DNA from: Ylistrum balloti
Lineage: Eukaryota
Reading direction: 5' to 3'
Assembly: GCF_031769215.1 (NCBI RefSeq)
Contig: NW_026781953.1
Location: 372,001 to 436,000, forward strand
DNA: 64,000 nucleotides
Both the position numbers and the translations under genes were made by a program. Every line of letters starts with the position of its first letter. Position 1 is the first letter of the stretch. The notes under the pieces are model-generated. The model had not been told where the DNA came from and searched no databases. It saw only the letters and a program-made list of their open reading frames with translations. Positions 37,906 to 49,814 of the stretch are shown piece by piece.

Positions 37906-38557
37906 AGATTCACAACATGAGTAGCTGAGGGTAATTTTGAGATGGAATATCTTTGTAATGGCTGGTGTATATTTTTCACTGAACAACATGTGGGAGGCCC
38001 GTCGCATGTCGTTCCGAGTAGTCCGGATACAATGTCTTTCCAATGGACACAAAGAGTTCGCATAGAGTGCTTATTAGCTTCCTGAGGAAGATTTAAGTGT
38101 AAATAAATTTATTTTATTTTCGGTATGATAAATTGTTCATCTCATGATTTTTCTTGTCAAAGCGTTAACTTTACCCATGTATTTTTTTCTTCCTCTTCTT
38201 TCTAACGGCAATATTTTGGCCTTGCATTACACATCTCTTGCAGTTTTCAACGATAAACCAAAATCAATAAAAATGAAAGTCGGTGTTACGAATGAGATGG
38301 AGCGAACATGTGGTAAATATAAAAGAATCATTGTTCAATAAATAGTCGAAATTTAATTACAACATCTGGGTTTTACAACAAATAGAAAATGGTTTACATC
38401 GGTCCGTCTGTGAAAAAGGAGAAATGATCGGCAATAGGTAGCAAAAACATGATATACCTCGCAAAGTTAGATAACAAAGTTCTTTCGAGAGCAGATCAGA
38501 ACTTCCTCCACCCACTGCAAAGTGAAGAAGGCAAGAAGATGATTTCCAGTGTCCTGA

Positions 38558-39037
38558 TTATCCCTCAATGATGATGTCAGCACATTGGTAGAAAACAGCG
38601 GGCGCATCTTTGTTGTTTGTGACGTAAGCCGTCTGCAGGACGTAAAGTTGTCTGGAGACGAGTCCTGTTGGAATGGTAACGTTGACAGAATATAGGGTCA
38701 ATGATGGCTCGCCAGCATCCGGAATACTGACCAGATTGGTCATCTGTGTTCCCTGTCTCTCCTGACCGATAGCCACATGGAAAGCCCCGGGGGTGGCCTT
38801 GTCATAGTGATCCAGATTCTTCTGGAATGTCACGGTAAAATTGCTACCCATTTTCAATCCCATGATAGGCTTTTCCGCTGGCCGTCCGCCACATCGCGCA
38901 GTGGTCAGTATACAGTCTGTGGCTCCAGCCTTGTTAATACCAACCATAGAACCCCTCTGGGGAGGACTCAGCATACACAAATGGGCATTGCAGACTTCCA
39001 GCACTATGGCAATGATGACAACGGCCAGGCACTTCAT
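38558..39037 (-). CDS. Small secreted protein with predicted N-terminal His (histidine-brace, LPMO/X325-like), paralog 1; 159 aa, single coding exon
   Basis: Hydrophobic signal MKCLAVVIIAIVLEVCNA, then H-LCMLSPPQRG; C..CGGR; second His in QKNLDHY; C-terminal PAVFYQCADI. Confidence 0.85.
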   Translation of the reverse strand: MKCLAVVIIAIVLEVCNAHLCMLSPPQRGSMVGINKAGATDCILTTARCGGRPAEKPIMGLKMGSNFTVTFQKNLDHYDKATPGAFHVAIGQERQGTQMTNLVSIPDAGEPSLTLYSVNVTIPTGLVSRQLYVLQTAYVTNNKDAPAVFYQCADIIIEG

Positions 39038-40839
39038 GCTTTCAATAATGTGCCTTTTCGAGCTGAAGGATGACGGTTTTGATTGTACACTGGTTCGTAT
39101 TGAAACAAGCCAAACGAAAAGCTGGTTCGCTGGAAGTGACCTTCACAGATATTAATCGTTGAGACACCTTACATAAGAAGCCTTATCGCAACAAGGTCAG
39201 TCGTTCGCAACGCTCAGACAAGTCGTACGTTCTATTTCTGTCGTATGTCAGTAAAGGGTAAACCACAGAAATGTTCCGATCGTTTTCAGACAGTTTAAGA
39301 CAGTTCAGAGAGCAGTGTGGAATAAGGTTATCGGCTAATGCATGTATTTGACCCTTTCAAGGGATGATAAAACATCCCTCTGTTTGAAGCAAAGTACATA
39401 CACAATACACATTCTGTAGATTACTTAAATTCAGCGAATACTTGATTTCGCGAACTTCCCTCGTCAGACATATATTTGTGAATACATTTATTCGCGTACG
39501 CTTATCTAGAAATGACTTAAAATTTGCGAAAGGTGAGTTATTTAAGACATGGACTTTTCAAGCCTCTGATATCGGTTACCAAATCAACATGGAGTTATTT
39601 TAGAACAAATGATAGCGAGGGGTTTGAATTCGCAATTGACTCTTCTCGCGTAAATATAAGTGATTTACAGTATACAAAGCTTATCTAAAGCTGATATAAT
39701 TATGGTATCTGTAATCACAGCATTCAGTGTCTGGAAATGATGTTTGAAAATTTACGGAGCTTTGTTTTTTTCAATTTTATATTGATTTATTTTCATGAAT
39801 ATAGGATATCTACTTCTTGTCTGTTGTCAGGAGGTAAAGCATTTGATAAGATAGAAAACCTCTCTGAAATCACATCAAGACGAGATACATCTATGACTTT
39901 CTGACCCCGTTTTTCCTAAAGTGACACCTGGTTTTGTGATAATACTTCTGTACCGTAACCTGATGAACATGACATTGCCGATAGTGGTTATATTTAGGAT
40001 TAAAGATGGCTGATAATATAGTCAGACTTCATGTGTCGGTTCTCTTTGACACGTACGTTTTGGATTCTTGTTAGTGTTAAATATGCTTTTATTAGGAATA
40101 AGACAGCTGACGGGTGGTCATTCCCAAAGTTACTGTTTTAACTTTTGTAATCAGAATGCTTCGAAGAGTACTTCTCAAATTCCATATACCTCAGTCCATC
40201 ATTTCAGGAAAAAGTCCAAAACTAAGATGGCTGACAAATAGCCATGTTTAATTTGCGATTCGCAATGTGTCGGTCTCATCTTCCACGTGTAGACTCCCAA
40301 TAATGTCTTGAACTTGAACGATAGAGTCGACAATGACGTCACTTTAAAAGAATGACATAATCTACGGCAATTTGATTAGTATATCTATATATATATATAT
40401 TCATATATATTTGCATTTATTTCCGGTTGTAATTTATTAACTGATAGAAAGTTACAACGAAGGATTAAAATGAAATGCGGAGCGAAGAAACAGGAAAGAA
40501 AAATATCACACTGATGTAAAAATTTCTGACTTTTGTCATGTACTTATGTAAACATCACATATACCAGCCTCGTCTGACACTAATAGTGTATAAGTGTATT
40601 GACAGACGAGGCCAGTGTCTGTGTATATATTGTATTTTGGTGTCTGGGCTCCATCATATTATCGTCGTCATTTGTTCGATTACGTCACCTGTATCTACCT
40701 CCTCACTGTACCGGGACACATCAGCTGCTGTATCTTTGACGAGGACAGTGGCCTCAGTTTATTGGCAGTACAAAACACAAACATCTGTTAGAGAAGGCAA
40801 TAGTTAATTTTTTTCCCCATTTAGATTACTTTGTGGAAA

Positions 40840-42070
40840 AACGAAGGGCGTGAGGTACCCCGAAGGATATATGCAAAGTTCTTGTCAACAGATGAGAGGT
40901 ACCCTGACGGGGTCCGGTAACAGTCCCAATCAGTAGATGTGGGGAACTTAGATGTGTACAGTTCAAGTCCCTGTCAGTTGATGCGGGGTACCGAGATGGG
41001 TGCATATAAAGTCCCTGTCAGTAGATGTGGGGTACCTAGACGGGGTACGGTAACATTCCCAGTCAGTAGATATGTAGATATAGTCCCTGTCAATACATGT
41101 TGCGTATACCGACGGGTGCAGTGTCTTGTTTTGTAGATAGATGTTGCGTACCATGACGTGTACAGTGCTGTTGTCGCTGGTAATAAGTGGATGGGAAGGG
41201 GTGCAGTAAAGGTCCTTGTCAGTAGATCTGTGAGTACCCAGGAGGTACAGTAACGGTCCTTGTCAGTAGATCTGTCTGTACCCAGGGGGTACAGTAACGG
41301 TCCTTGTCAGTAGATCTGTGGGTACCCAGGGGGTACAGTAATGGTCCTTGTCAGTAGATCTGCGGATACCAAGGGGGTGTAGTAACGGTCCTTGTCAGTA
41401 GATCTGTGGTTACCCAGGGGGTACAGGTGCGGTCCTTGTCAGTAGATGTAGGGTACCCAGGGGGTGCAGTAACGGACCTTGTCAGTAGATCTGCGGGTAT
41501 CCAAGGGGTGTAGTAACGGTCCTTTTCAGTAGATATGTGGGTACCCCGGGGGTACAGTAACGGTCCTTGTCAGTAGATCTGCGGGTACCCAGGGGGTGCA
41601 TTAACAGTCAATGATAGTAGATGTAGATGCCTCAGGGGTATAATTATTAACAGTCAAGTTAATTGATGCGGGTTGCAGTGAGGGACACACTAACAGTCAT
41701 ATCAGTAGATGTGGGGTACCCTTAGGGGTACACTAACAGTCATGTCAGTATATATGGAGTACCCTTAGGGGTATAATAACAGTCATGTCAGTATATGTAG
41801 GGTACCCTTAGGGGTACACTAACAGTCATGTCAGTATATGTGAGGTACCCTTAGGGGTAGACTAACAGTCATGTCAGTATATGCGCAGTGCAGTGAGGGG
41901 TACAGTAATAATCCCTGTCAGTAGATGTGAGGTACCCTAAAGGGTACTTTAAAAGTCCCTGCCAGCAGATGTGGGGAGCCCTGATTGGTACATAAACAGT
42001 CCCTGCAAGTAGATATGGGATACTCTGAGGGGTACACATACCATCTCTAACAGTAGAGGTACCCTGTTGT
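40840..42070. repeat. ~44-bp hairpin-containing minisatellite with degenerate flanks
   Basis: gtcagtagatctgtgggtacccagggggtacagtaacggtcctt grades into gtcagtatat..gggtacccttaggggtacactaacagtcat. Each unit holds a gtaccc-n-gggtac inverted repeat. Confidence 0.9.
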
Positions 42071-42429
42071 AAACGGTAATATGCTTTTCTTGTTAAAAAA
42101 GATCATGATTTCCCTAATCACACGAAGTATTCCAAGATTCAATCATATATGATCATCCGTTTACTGTTATATTTGTAGTGTTGCTTTCCCTATCCATTGT
42201 CTTTATTTAAAATATCTCTTTTAATCATTTCTTCCGGCAAAAGTATACTGCGCCTGAAATAATACAAAAATACGTACTTACATTTCTAATCGTTTTTAAT
42301 TGATCAAAATCACAATTTTCGTACAAAACAGAAATCCAGCCTTTGCCAAACACATTTAAAGAGATAAATTCACCAGCGTCAATTTGTAAGTTCAGAACTA
42401 AAGTCACACCAATGTCATTTACAGTTTCT

Positions 42430-42909
42430 TTATTCGTTGATCATAATATCAGCACACTGGAAGAACTCGGGTGGTGCCTGTGGGTTGTTGGTTAGGTAGG
42501 CAGAATGCATGATATATTCTGTTTTCGGAGAAAGTGACATAGGAATGGTGACATTGACAGAATATACTGTTAGGGAGGGTTCCCCGGCATCAGGGATGGT
42601 GGCCAGCACATTCAGTCTGGTGCCTCCTCTCTCAGAACCTATTGAAACGGTGAAGCTTCCTGGAGTTGCCTTCACATAATGGTCAAGGTTTTTCTGGAAT
42701 GACACGGTGAAGTTTTGTCCCCTTCGGAGTCCCATAACTGGCTTGCCCCGCATTCGGCCTCCACACCTTGGAGTGGTCAAAACGCAGTCACTGGAAGCCG
42801 GTTTGTTAAGATTGGCCATTGAACCTCGTTGTGGGGGACTAATCATGCACAAGTGGGCACAACATACTTCTAGCACAACGGCAACTACGACGGCGGCAAG
42901 AAGATTCAT
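42430..42909 (-). CDS. Small secreted histidine-brace (LPMO/X325-like) protein, paralog 2; 159 aa, single coding exon
   Basis: The likely start is ATG 42909, not the 43044 in the ORF track: the length then equals paralog 1, and the ATG is preceded by an acceptor-like ttttctttccaag. Sequence: MNLLAAVVVAVVLEVCCA|HLCMISPPQRG...CGGR...QKNLDHY...PPEFFQCADI. Confidence 0.85.
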   Translation of the reverse strand: MNLLAAVVVAVVLEVCCAHLCMISPPQRGSMANLNKPASSDCVLTTPRCGGRMRGKPVMGLRRGQNFTVSFQKNLDHYVKATPGSFTVSIGSERGGTRLNVLATIPDAGEPSLTVYSVNVTIPMSLSPKTEYIMHSAYLTNNPQAPPEFFQCADIMINE

Positions 42910-45802
42910 CTTGGAAAGAAAATTGCGGATCTGGCAGACGACAGACGGTGACACTAACTGGTCAGTATCAAGGTACTGAAATGATAAGACAATGGTACAA
43001 GCAATATCTATTGCGCATATGTCAATCAGACACTGCTTGACCAATCAAAATGCAGAAAGATATCTCCAAACTGTCATGATAATAATCAGCCTTAACAAAG
43101 TATTCGCTCGAGCCGCAGGTTCTTCATCGGAAATCAGATTCGAAATCTTGTCATTCGTGTAAAAAGCTTACATGCTGGAATTATCAGTTTATCGGTCAAA
43201 ACTTCATTCCATTTTCCTCTGATAAGTGTTGGAAAGTGTTGATAAGGATGAGGAAATGGCCATTAATATTAGCTCGTTATACAATGTATGCCACTGTTCT
43301 CTGTAACGGTCCTTCCAACATCAGCTTTTTTATATTGTAAGTCAAACTCACTCAGCATTCAATCCAAATGACCTATGATGCCACATTCCATTTAGGCAAT
43401 AATAGTTTTTTCTTTCTATTATTACTGTTTCTATTAACCTAATAAGGTAGAAACAATTAGTTTTCAATAATTTTAGCCAATAAGAAATTTGTCTAGACTC
43501 GTGAAGGTGACGAGGAAAAAAATATACCTGCTGTCTCCCATTGTGCCTGTGTTGGGTGGGGGAGGGCGAGGGGGGGGACTTGTAGATCGGGGTGGAGTTT
43601 TCCAATGTCTTCTATCTGAGGGACATCTAGACGTCAAAAAAGGGTTTACCACATTCAACTGCATGTTCGTAAAAGATGGACACTTTCCTTCCTGAACCTG
43701 GTATTCCTTTCTGTGTCTTGTTCAACACCAATCTTGTTCACCATAAATCTTGTTCACCACCAATCTTGTTCACCACCAATCTTGACACCCGTCTTCACAT
43801 GTAATAATCCTGCCTTCTAAGAGGACGTTAAACCCCGCACAAAATAAAACTAGTACATTAAGTTCCATAAGGCAACATATGCAAAACGTGTTCAGTAAGT
43901 TGCAGGTGTAAATATCTCGTTGCCAAGTCTTGTTTCAACACATATTGTTATGAATTTTATATTATAATTACTTATAACATGGAGGTTAACCTTTTAGTAC
44001 TAAGTACTAAGAAATTATTACAGCAAGCGACGCGTATTTGTTATAAACTTAATGTATTAATTATTACACTAATTAATGATTGAGTAATTTATTACAAAAA
44101 GTGTTACAAAGAAGTCTTTAAATGACCCCGTGACTTTCAAACCTCGATCAGGGCCCAGTAGTAAAACAGATTACTATAAATTACATAATGATGCAAACTT
44201 TGATGCGCTGTACACTGACGTTTAAAAAATACACTCTTGTCAAAAATAATTTCAAAAAGAAATGAAATGTTTTAAACAACGTCCAAAATTGATAATCATT
44301 TGAAAGTTAACGAAAGCCAGACATGACGGTGAATAGATACATCTGTTCAAATTGAACGGCTAAGGCATTGTTACATATGCAATTTTGACAAATACTATTT
44401 GTCCAATTCGTTTTGTTTACATCTTTGGCTTCACTCAATCCATTTTTGTGAGAGAGACTTTTCCATGCAATTACATGTATGAGATAAATCTTTGTTTTCA
44501 TCATTTTTTTTTATCTTCGTCTGAAAAAAAGATGACCATTACATCTGTGTAAACATATCAAAACAAATCTTTGGTGCTTCTGCCGTGATGAATACATTTC
44601 ACTTTCTTCTAGTGCATCTGTTTTAAATATAGATACGAATGTGAAAAACCGAAACCGATTTAGGCGTTTAAAATAAACAGTCTTTCAGACTGTCAAACAT
44701 TAAGAAAAAATGGTAAAGGTGAAATATATTGTTTGTCAACAAGTTCTTGATTGTAGACTAAATCAAACTGGGATAAAAAGGAAAGCTGATGCATTCCAAA
44801 CCTGCTATTGTGTAAAAAGTGATCAGAATAGACCCATTTATTCCATAAGTGAAATAAAAATTGATAATAAAAAAGTTTTGTGTGGTAAATCTTATCGTAA
44901 TTTGGAGTAAATACTGTTATTTTTTTATTTGTTTTATTAACTAAAGAATACTTTGGGCGAGTCTACAAGCTCGTCACGGTGAGAGAATAAACGTTGGCAG
45001 TCAAACACCTTTCTGTTTTCAGCGTAGCCATCTGACTCTACTTAAACACTCGATTTAGAATATTCGTGATATGATAAAGAACCTCATACATCCGCTTCAT
45101 ATCTATTCTCTTGATATTTTTTTATTATTATTTATAAAGGTTGTTTATTCACCGTTGGCATTAAGACGGAACATTATGTTTAATTTTCTTTATTTTCCAA
45201 TCGAATACTATATTAAGATAATATGGGCGTGTGCTGTTTATACATGTTTACGTGTGCATCGATACTGTTAATCTAATACATCAATAATATCACATTAAAC
45301 TGTGGTAAGATAAAAGATACCACGAGATGATTATTTAAGTTTAAAATATAGTGTAATTTGTCTATTTTGTTAGTGTCGTCTGTAACATTTCCAGCATCAC
45401 AATATTATAGTTATATTTACATTGCCCGCCGCCGTCCTATTACAAAAGTACTTGACGGCAAATGTAATAATTATACTATAATAGAAACCGGCTCCGCTGT
45501 ATTGTGACGTCACAGTACTCTTCTGTCAGACATTCCATGCTTCGGCTGTTCCTATCAATGGATTTACTCCATGGTGTAAGAGAGATTTTTGTTTTTCAAT
45601 ATATTTAGATAATTAATTCATAATGCCCATAATGTTGGAAGGAAATGTAATAAAACTATCTCTTAATATAACTGTAGTCGATACATTTGAAAGATGCACT
45701 TCTGGAAAATCTGCATTCCAACTCTGGAATTTCATGAAACACGGTCACCTTCACCAGACAAATGACCAGTGTGAAGCATACTAGCACTGGTGTAAGCAGT
45801 GT

Positions 45803-45940
45803 ATGAAAATGATCGACAGGGAAAACAACCATTTCAGGCGGTTGGTTAAGGCAGCCATCTGGATTCGCCACAGCGGGCCAGTACTTAATAGGGACGAGGG
45901 GGTCCACAGACTCTCGCACATTTATGACCCAGTGTTAAAA
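45803..45940 (+). mobile_element. Penelope-like element GIY-YIG endonuclease C-terminal remnant
   Basis: MIDRENNHFRRLVKAAIWIRHSGPVLNRDEGVHRLSHIYDPVL is a typical PLE ORF end. Confidence 0.75.
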
Positions 45941-46289
45941 AGTGAAGCCGAATTAACTACAATACATTGTTACTATCTGATTATTTTTTGTCTATAATCC
46001 GTTTACCATCTCGTTACACTATTGTCGACCTTAGTGTACATAGGATTATAGCGCAGCCGAAAAAGTTGGTCGATTCTGTACACTAAGTGCGTCAGTGCTA
46101 GTACGCTCCACTCATTCGACTAGTGAGAAATGGTAAAGAACAGAAGATATAGGTCATATGACTTACTATGACTTTAGGTCATGTAAATACAATATTTATG
46201 TTAATGTTACTACAAAAATGTAAAGCATTGTATTACTTGTAGGTCATAGAACAAGATACGCCGAGTAATAAGATATATATAGAACTTGT

Positions 46290-49020
46290 AACTAAAGATA
46301 AAGGTGATGAAGGTGTTAAATCAGACAGGTCAGGGAACTACAGATATATAGGTCATGTAACTAGAGATAAAGGTTATGGAGGTGTTAAATCAGACAGGTC
46401 AGGGAACTACAGATATATAGGTTAAGTAACTAGAGATAAAGGTGATGGAGGTGTTAAACCAGACAGGTCAGGGAACTACAGATATATAGGTCATGTTACT
46501 AGAGATAAAGGTGATGTAAGTGTTAAATCGGACAGGTCAGGGAACTACAGATATATAGGTCAAGTAACTAGAGATAAAGGTGATGGAGGTGTTAAACCAG
46601 ACAGGTCAGGGAACTACAGATATATAGGTCATGTTACTAGAGATAAAGGTGATGTAAGTGTTAAATCGGACAGGTCAGGGAACTACAGATATATAGGTCA
46701 TGTAACTAGAGATAAAGGTGATGGAGGTGTTAAATCAGACAGAACTGGGAACTACAGATATATAGGTCATGTAACTAGAAATAAAGGTGATGGGGGTGTT
46801 AAATCAGACAGGTCAGGTAACTATAGATATATAGGTCATGTACCTAGAGATAAAGGTAATGGAGGTGTTAAATCAGACAGGTCAGGGAATTACTGCTCTA
46901 TAGGTCATGTAACTAGAGATAAAGGTGATGGAGGTGTTAAATCAGACAGGTCAGGGATTTACAGATATATAGGTCATGTACCTAGAGATAAAGGTGATGT
47001 AAGTGTTAAATCAGACAGGACAGGGAACTACAGATATATAGGTCATGTAACTAGAGATAAAGGTGATGGAGGTGTTAAATCAGACAGAACTGGGAACTAC
47101 AGATATATAGGTCATGTAACTAGAAATAAAGGTGATGGAGGTGTTAAATCAGACAGGTCAGGTAACTACAGATATATAGGTCATGTACCTAGAGATAAAG
47201 GTAATGGAGGTGTTAAATCAGACAGGTCAGGGAATTACTGCTCTATAGGTTATGTAACTAGAGATAAAGGTGATGGAGGTGTTAAATCAGACAGGTCAGG
47301 GATTTACAGATATATAGGTCATGTACCTAGAGATAAAGGTGATGTAAGTGTTAAATCAGACAGGTCCAGGAACTACAGATATATAGGTCATTTAACTAGA
47401 GATAAAGGTGACGGAGGTGTTAAATCAGACAGGGCAGGGAACTACAGATATATAGGTCATATACCTAGAAAAAAAGGTGATGGAGGTGTTAAGTCAGACA
47501 GGTCAGGGAATTACAGATATATAGGTCATGTAACTAGAGATAAAGGTGATGGAGGTGTTAAATCAGACAGGTCAGGGAACTACAGATATATAGGTCATGT
47601 AACTAGAGATAAAGGTGATGGAGGTGTTAAATCAGACAGGTCAGGGAACTACAGATATATAGGTCATGTAACTAGAGATAAAGGTGATGGAGGTGTTAAA
47701 TCAGACAGGTCAGGGAACTACAGATATATAGGTCATACAGACATGTAACTAGAGATAAAGGTGATGGAGGTGTTAAATCAGACAGGTCAGGGAACTACCG
47801 ATATATAGGTCATGTAACTAGAGATAAAGGTGATGGAGGTGTTAAATCAGACAGGTCAGGGACCTACCGATATATAGGTCATGTAACTAGAGATAAAGGT
47901 GATGGAGTTGTTAAATCAGACAGGTCAGGGATTTACAGATATATAGGTCATGTACCTAGAGATAAAGGTGATGTAAGTGTTAAATCAGACAGGTCCAGGA
48001 ACTACAGATATATAGGTCATTTAACTAGAGATAAAGGTGACGGAGGTGTTAAAATAGACAGGTCTGGGAACTACAGATATATAGGTCATGTAACTAGAGA
48101 TAAAGGTGATGGAGGTGTTAAACCAGACAGGTCAAGGAATTACTGCTATATAGGTCATGTAACTAGAGATAAAGGTGATGGAGGTGTTAAACCAGACAGG
48201 TCAAGGAATTACTGCTATATAGGTCATGTAACTAGAGATAAAGGTGATAGAAGTGTTGAATCAGACAGGTCAGGGAACTACAGATATATAGGTCATGTAC
48301 CTAGAGATAAAGGTAATGGAGGTGTTAAACCAGACAGGTCAGGGAATTACAGATATATAGGTCAAGTAACTAGAGATAAAGGTCATGGAGGTGTTAAACC
48401 AGACAGGTCAGGATATAAGGTCATGTACAGATATATAGGTCATGTAACTAGATATAAAGGTAGAAATAAAGGTGATGGAGGTGTTAAATCAGACAGGTCA
48501 GGTAATTACAGATATATAGGTCATGTAACTAGAGATAAAGGTTATGGAGGTGTTAAATCAGACAGGTCAGGGAACTATAGATATATAGGTCATGTAACTA
48601 GAGATAAAGGTTATGGAGTTGTTAAATCAGACAGGTCAGGGAACTACAGATATATAGGTCATGTAACTAGAGATAAAGGTCATGGAAGTGTTAAACCAGA
48701 CAGGTCAGCTAACTACAGATATATAGGTCAGGTAACTAGAGATAAAGGTGATAGAAGTGTTGAATCAGACAGGTCAGGGAATTACAGATATATAGGTCAA
48801 GTAACTAGAGATAAAGGTCATGGAGGTGTTAAACCAGACAGGTCAGGGAACTACAGATATATAGGTCATGTAACTAGAGATAAAGGTCATGAGGTGTAAA
48901 TCAGAAAGGTCAGGGAACTACAGCTATATAGGTCATGTAACTAGAGATAAAGGTGATAGAAGTGTTAAATCAGACAGGTCAGGGAACTACAGATATATAG
49001 GTCATGTAACTAGAGATATA
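46290..49020. repeat. 69-bp minisatellite, about 39 copies
   Basis: ggtcatgtaactagagataaaggtgatggaggtgttaaatcagacaggtcagggaactacagatatata. Confidence 0.97.
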
Positions 49021-49380
49021 CAATTTGTATATATAGATAGAAAATTATAGATGCAAATAAAGATCTTGTTAGATCAAACTTGTTGTATAGGTATACGGTG
49101 TAAGTATTTATCAATCGATCTTGTTCTGATAAGTCAAATGAGATCAATAGTGTATTCGGTAATCTAACAACGCTCTCGCTCTCTCAAGTCCATTAAACGA
49201 AAAAAGTACGGAAATCCAAAGTGGGATCTGGTTTAGATAATTTGATCTGTTCAGTACCATATCTAATAATTCCTAATATTACTTTAAACATTTTCACCTG
49301 TCTAAAAATCAGAATTGATGAAAAGAGAACTACAATAAAATATTACATCAGTTTTTCTATTTCAAATTTTGATTCAGATT

Positions 49381-49424
<44 letters not shown>
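49381..49424. repeat. (GT)n microsatellite
   Basis: Run of about 21 GT units. Confidence 0.95.
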
Positions 49425-49427
<3 letters not shown>

Positions 49428-49814
49428 TTTTCTCTCTCTTTTTTTCATATCTATCACCGTAAGAAATGTCAACATGGAAGTGACCGAGTTGTGAAAATTG
49501 TAACAGAAAGAAGTCCGATAACTCTTACAAGCACGGTCTTGAATAAATGACAAATCTTCATAAAGCTTTGAAATTGCTTGATACCTCGTATCCATATGCC
49601 AAATGAATGCCAAAGTGAAACCGCGTCATTAAACGTGACCTACCGTACGAGGTGAGAACTGCATGTCCCACACCTCTTTCCTCGTGTAGAGCACTCATGA
49701 AAATTATACTTAATCTGTTGATAAGTCTGAGTTTGTGAAAGCCGAAAAGCTCGTAAAAGTATGGCGCGTGTACCACGTCTTTGATATCTGATAGCGTGTA
49801 CCACGTCTTTGATA

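Noticed and set aside
38078-38105. cctgaggaag after the Penelope remnant as a pLTR hammerhead
   Set aside because: No GAAA strand or stem II follows.
42910-43044. 45-aa N-terminal extension of histidine-brace paralog 2 in the ORF track
   Set aside because: It has no counterpart in paralog 1, would bury the signal peptide, and looks like an intron end.
43490-43850. Possible SINE with a ggacgttaaacccc...aaataaaa 3' end and short internal repeats
   Set aside because: No recognisable A or B box, so it is too weak to call.
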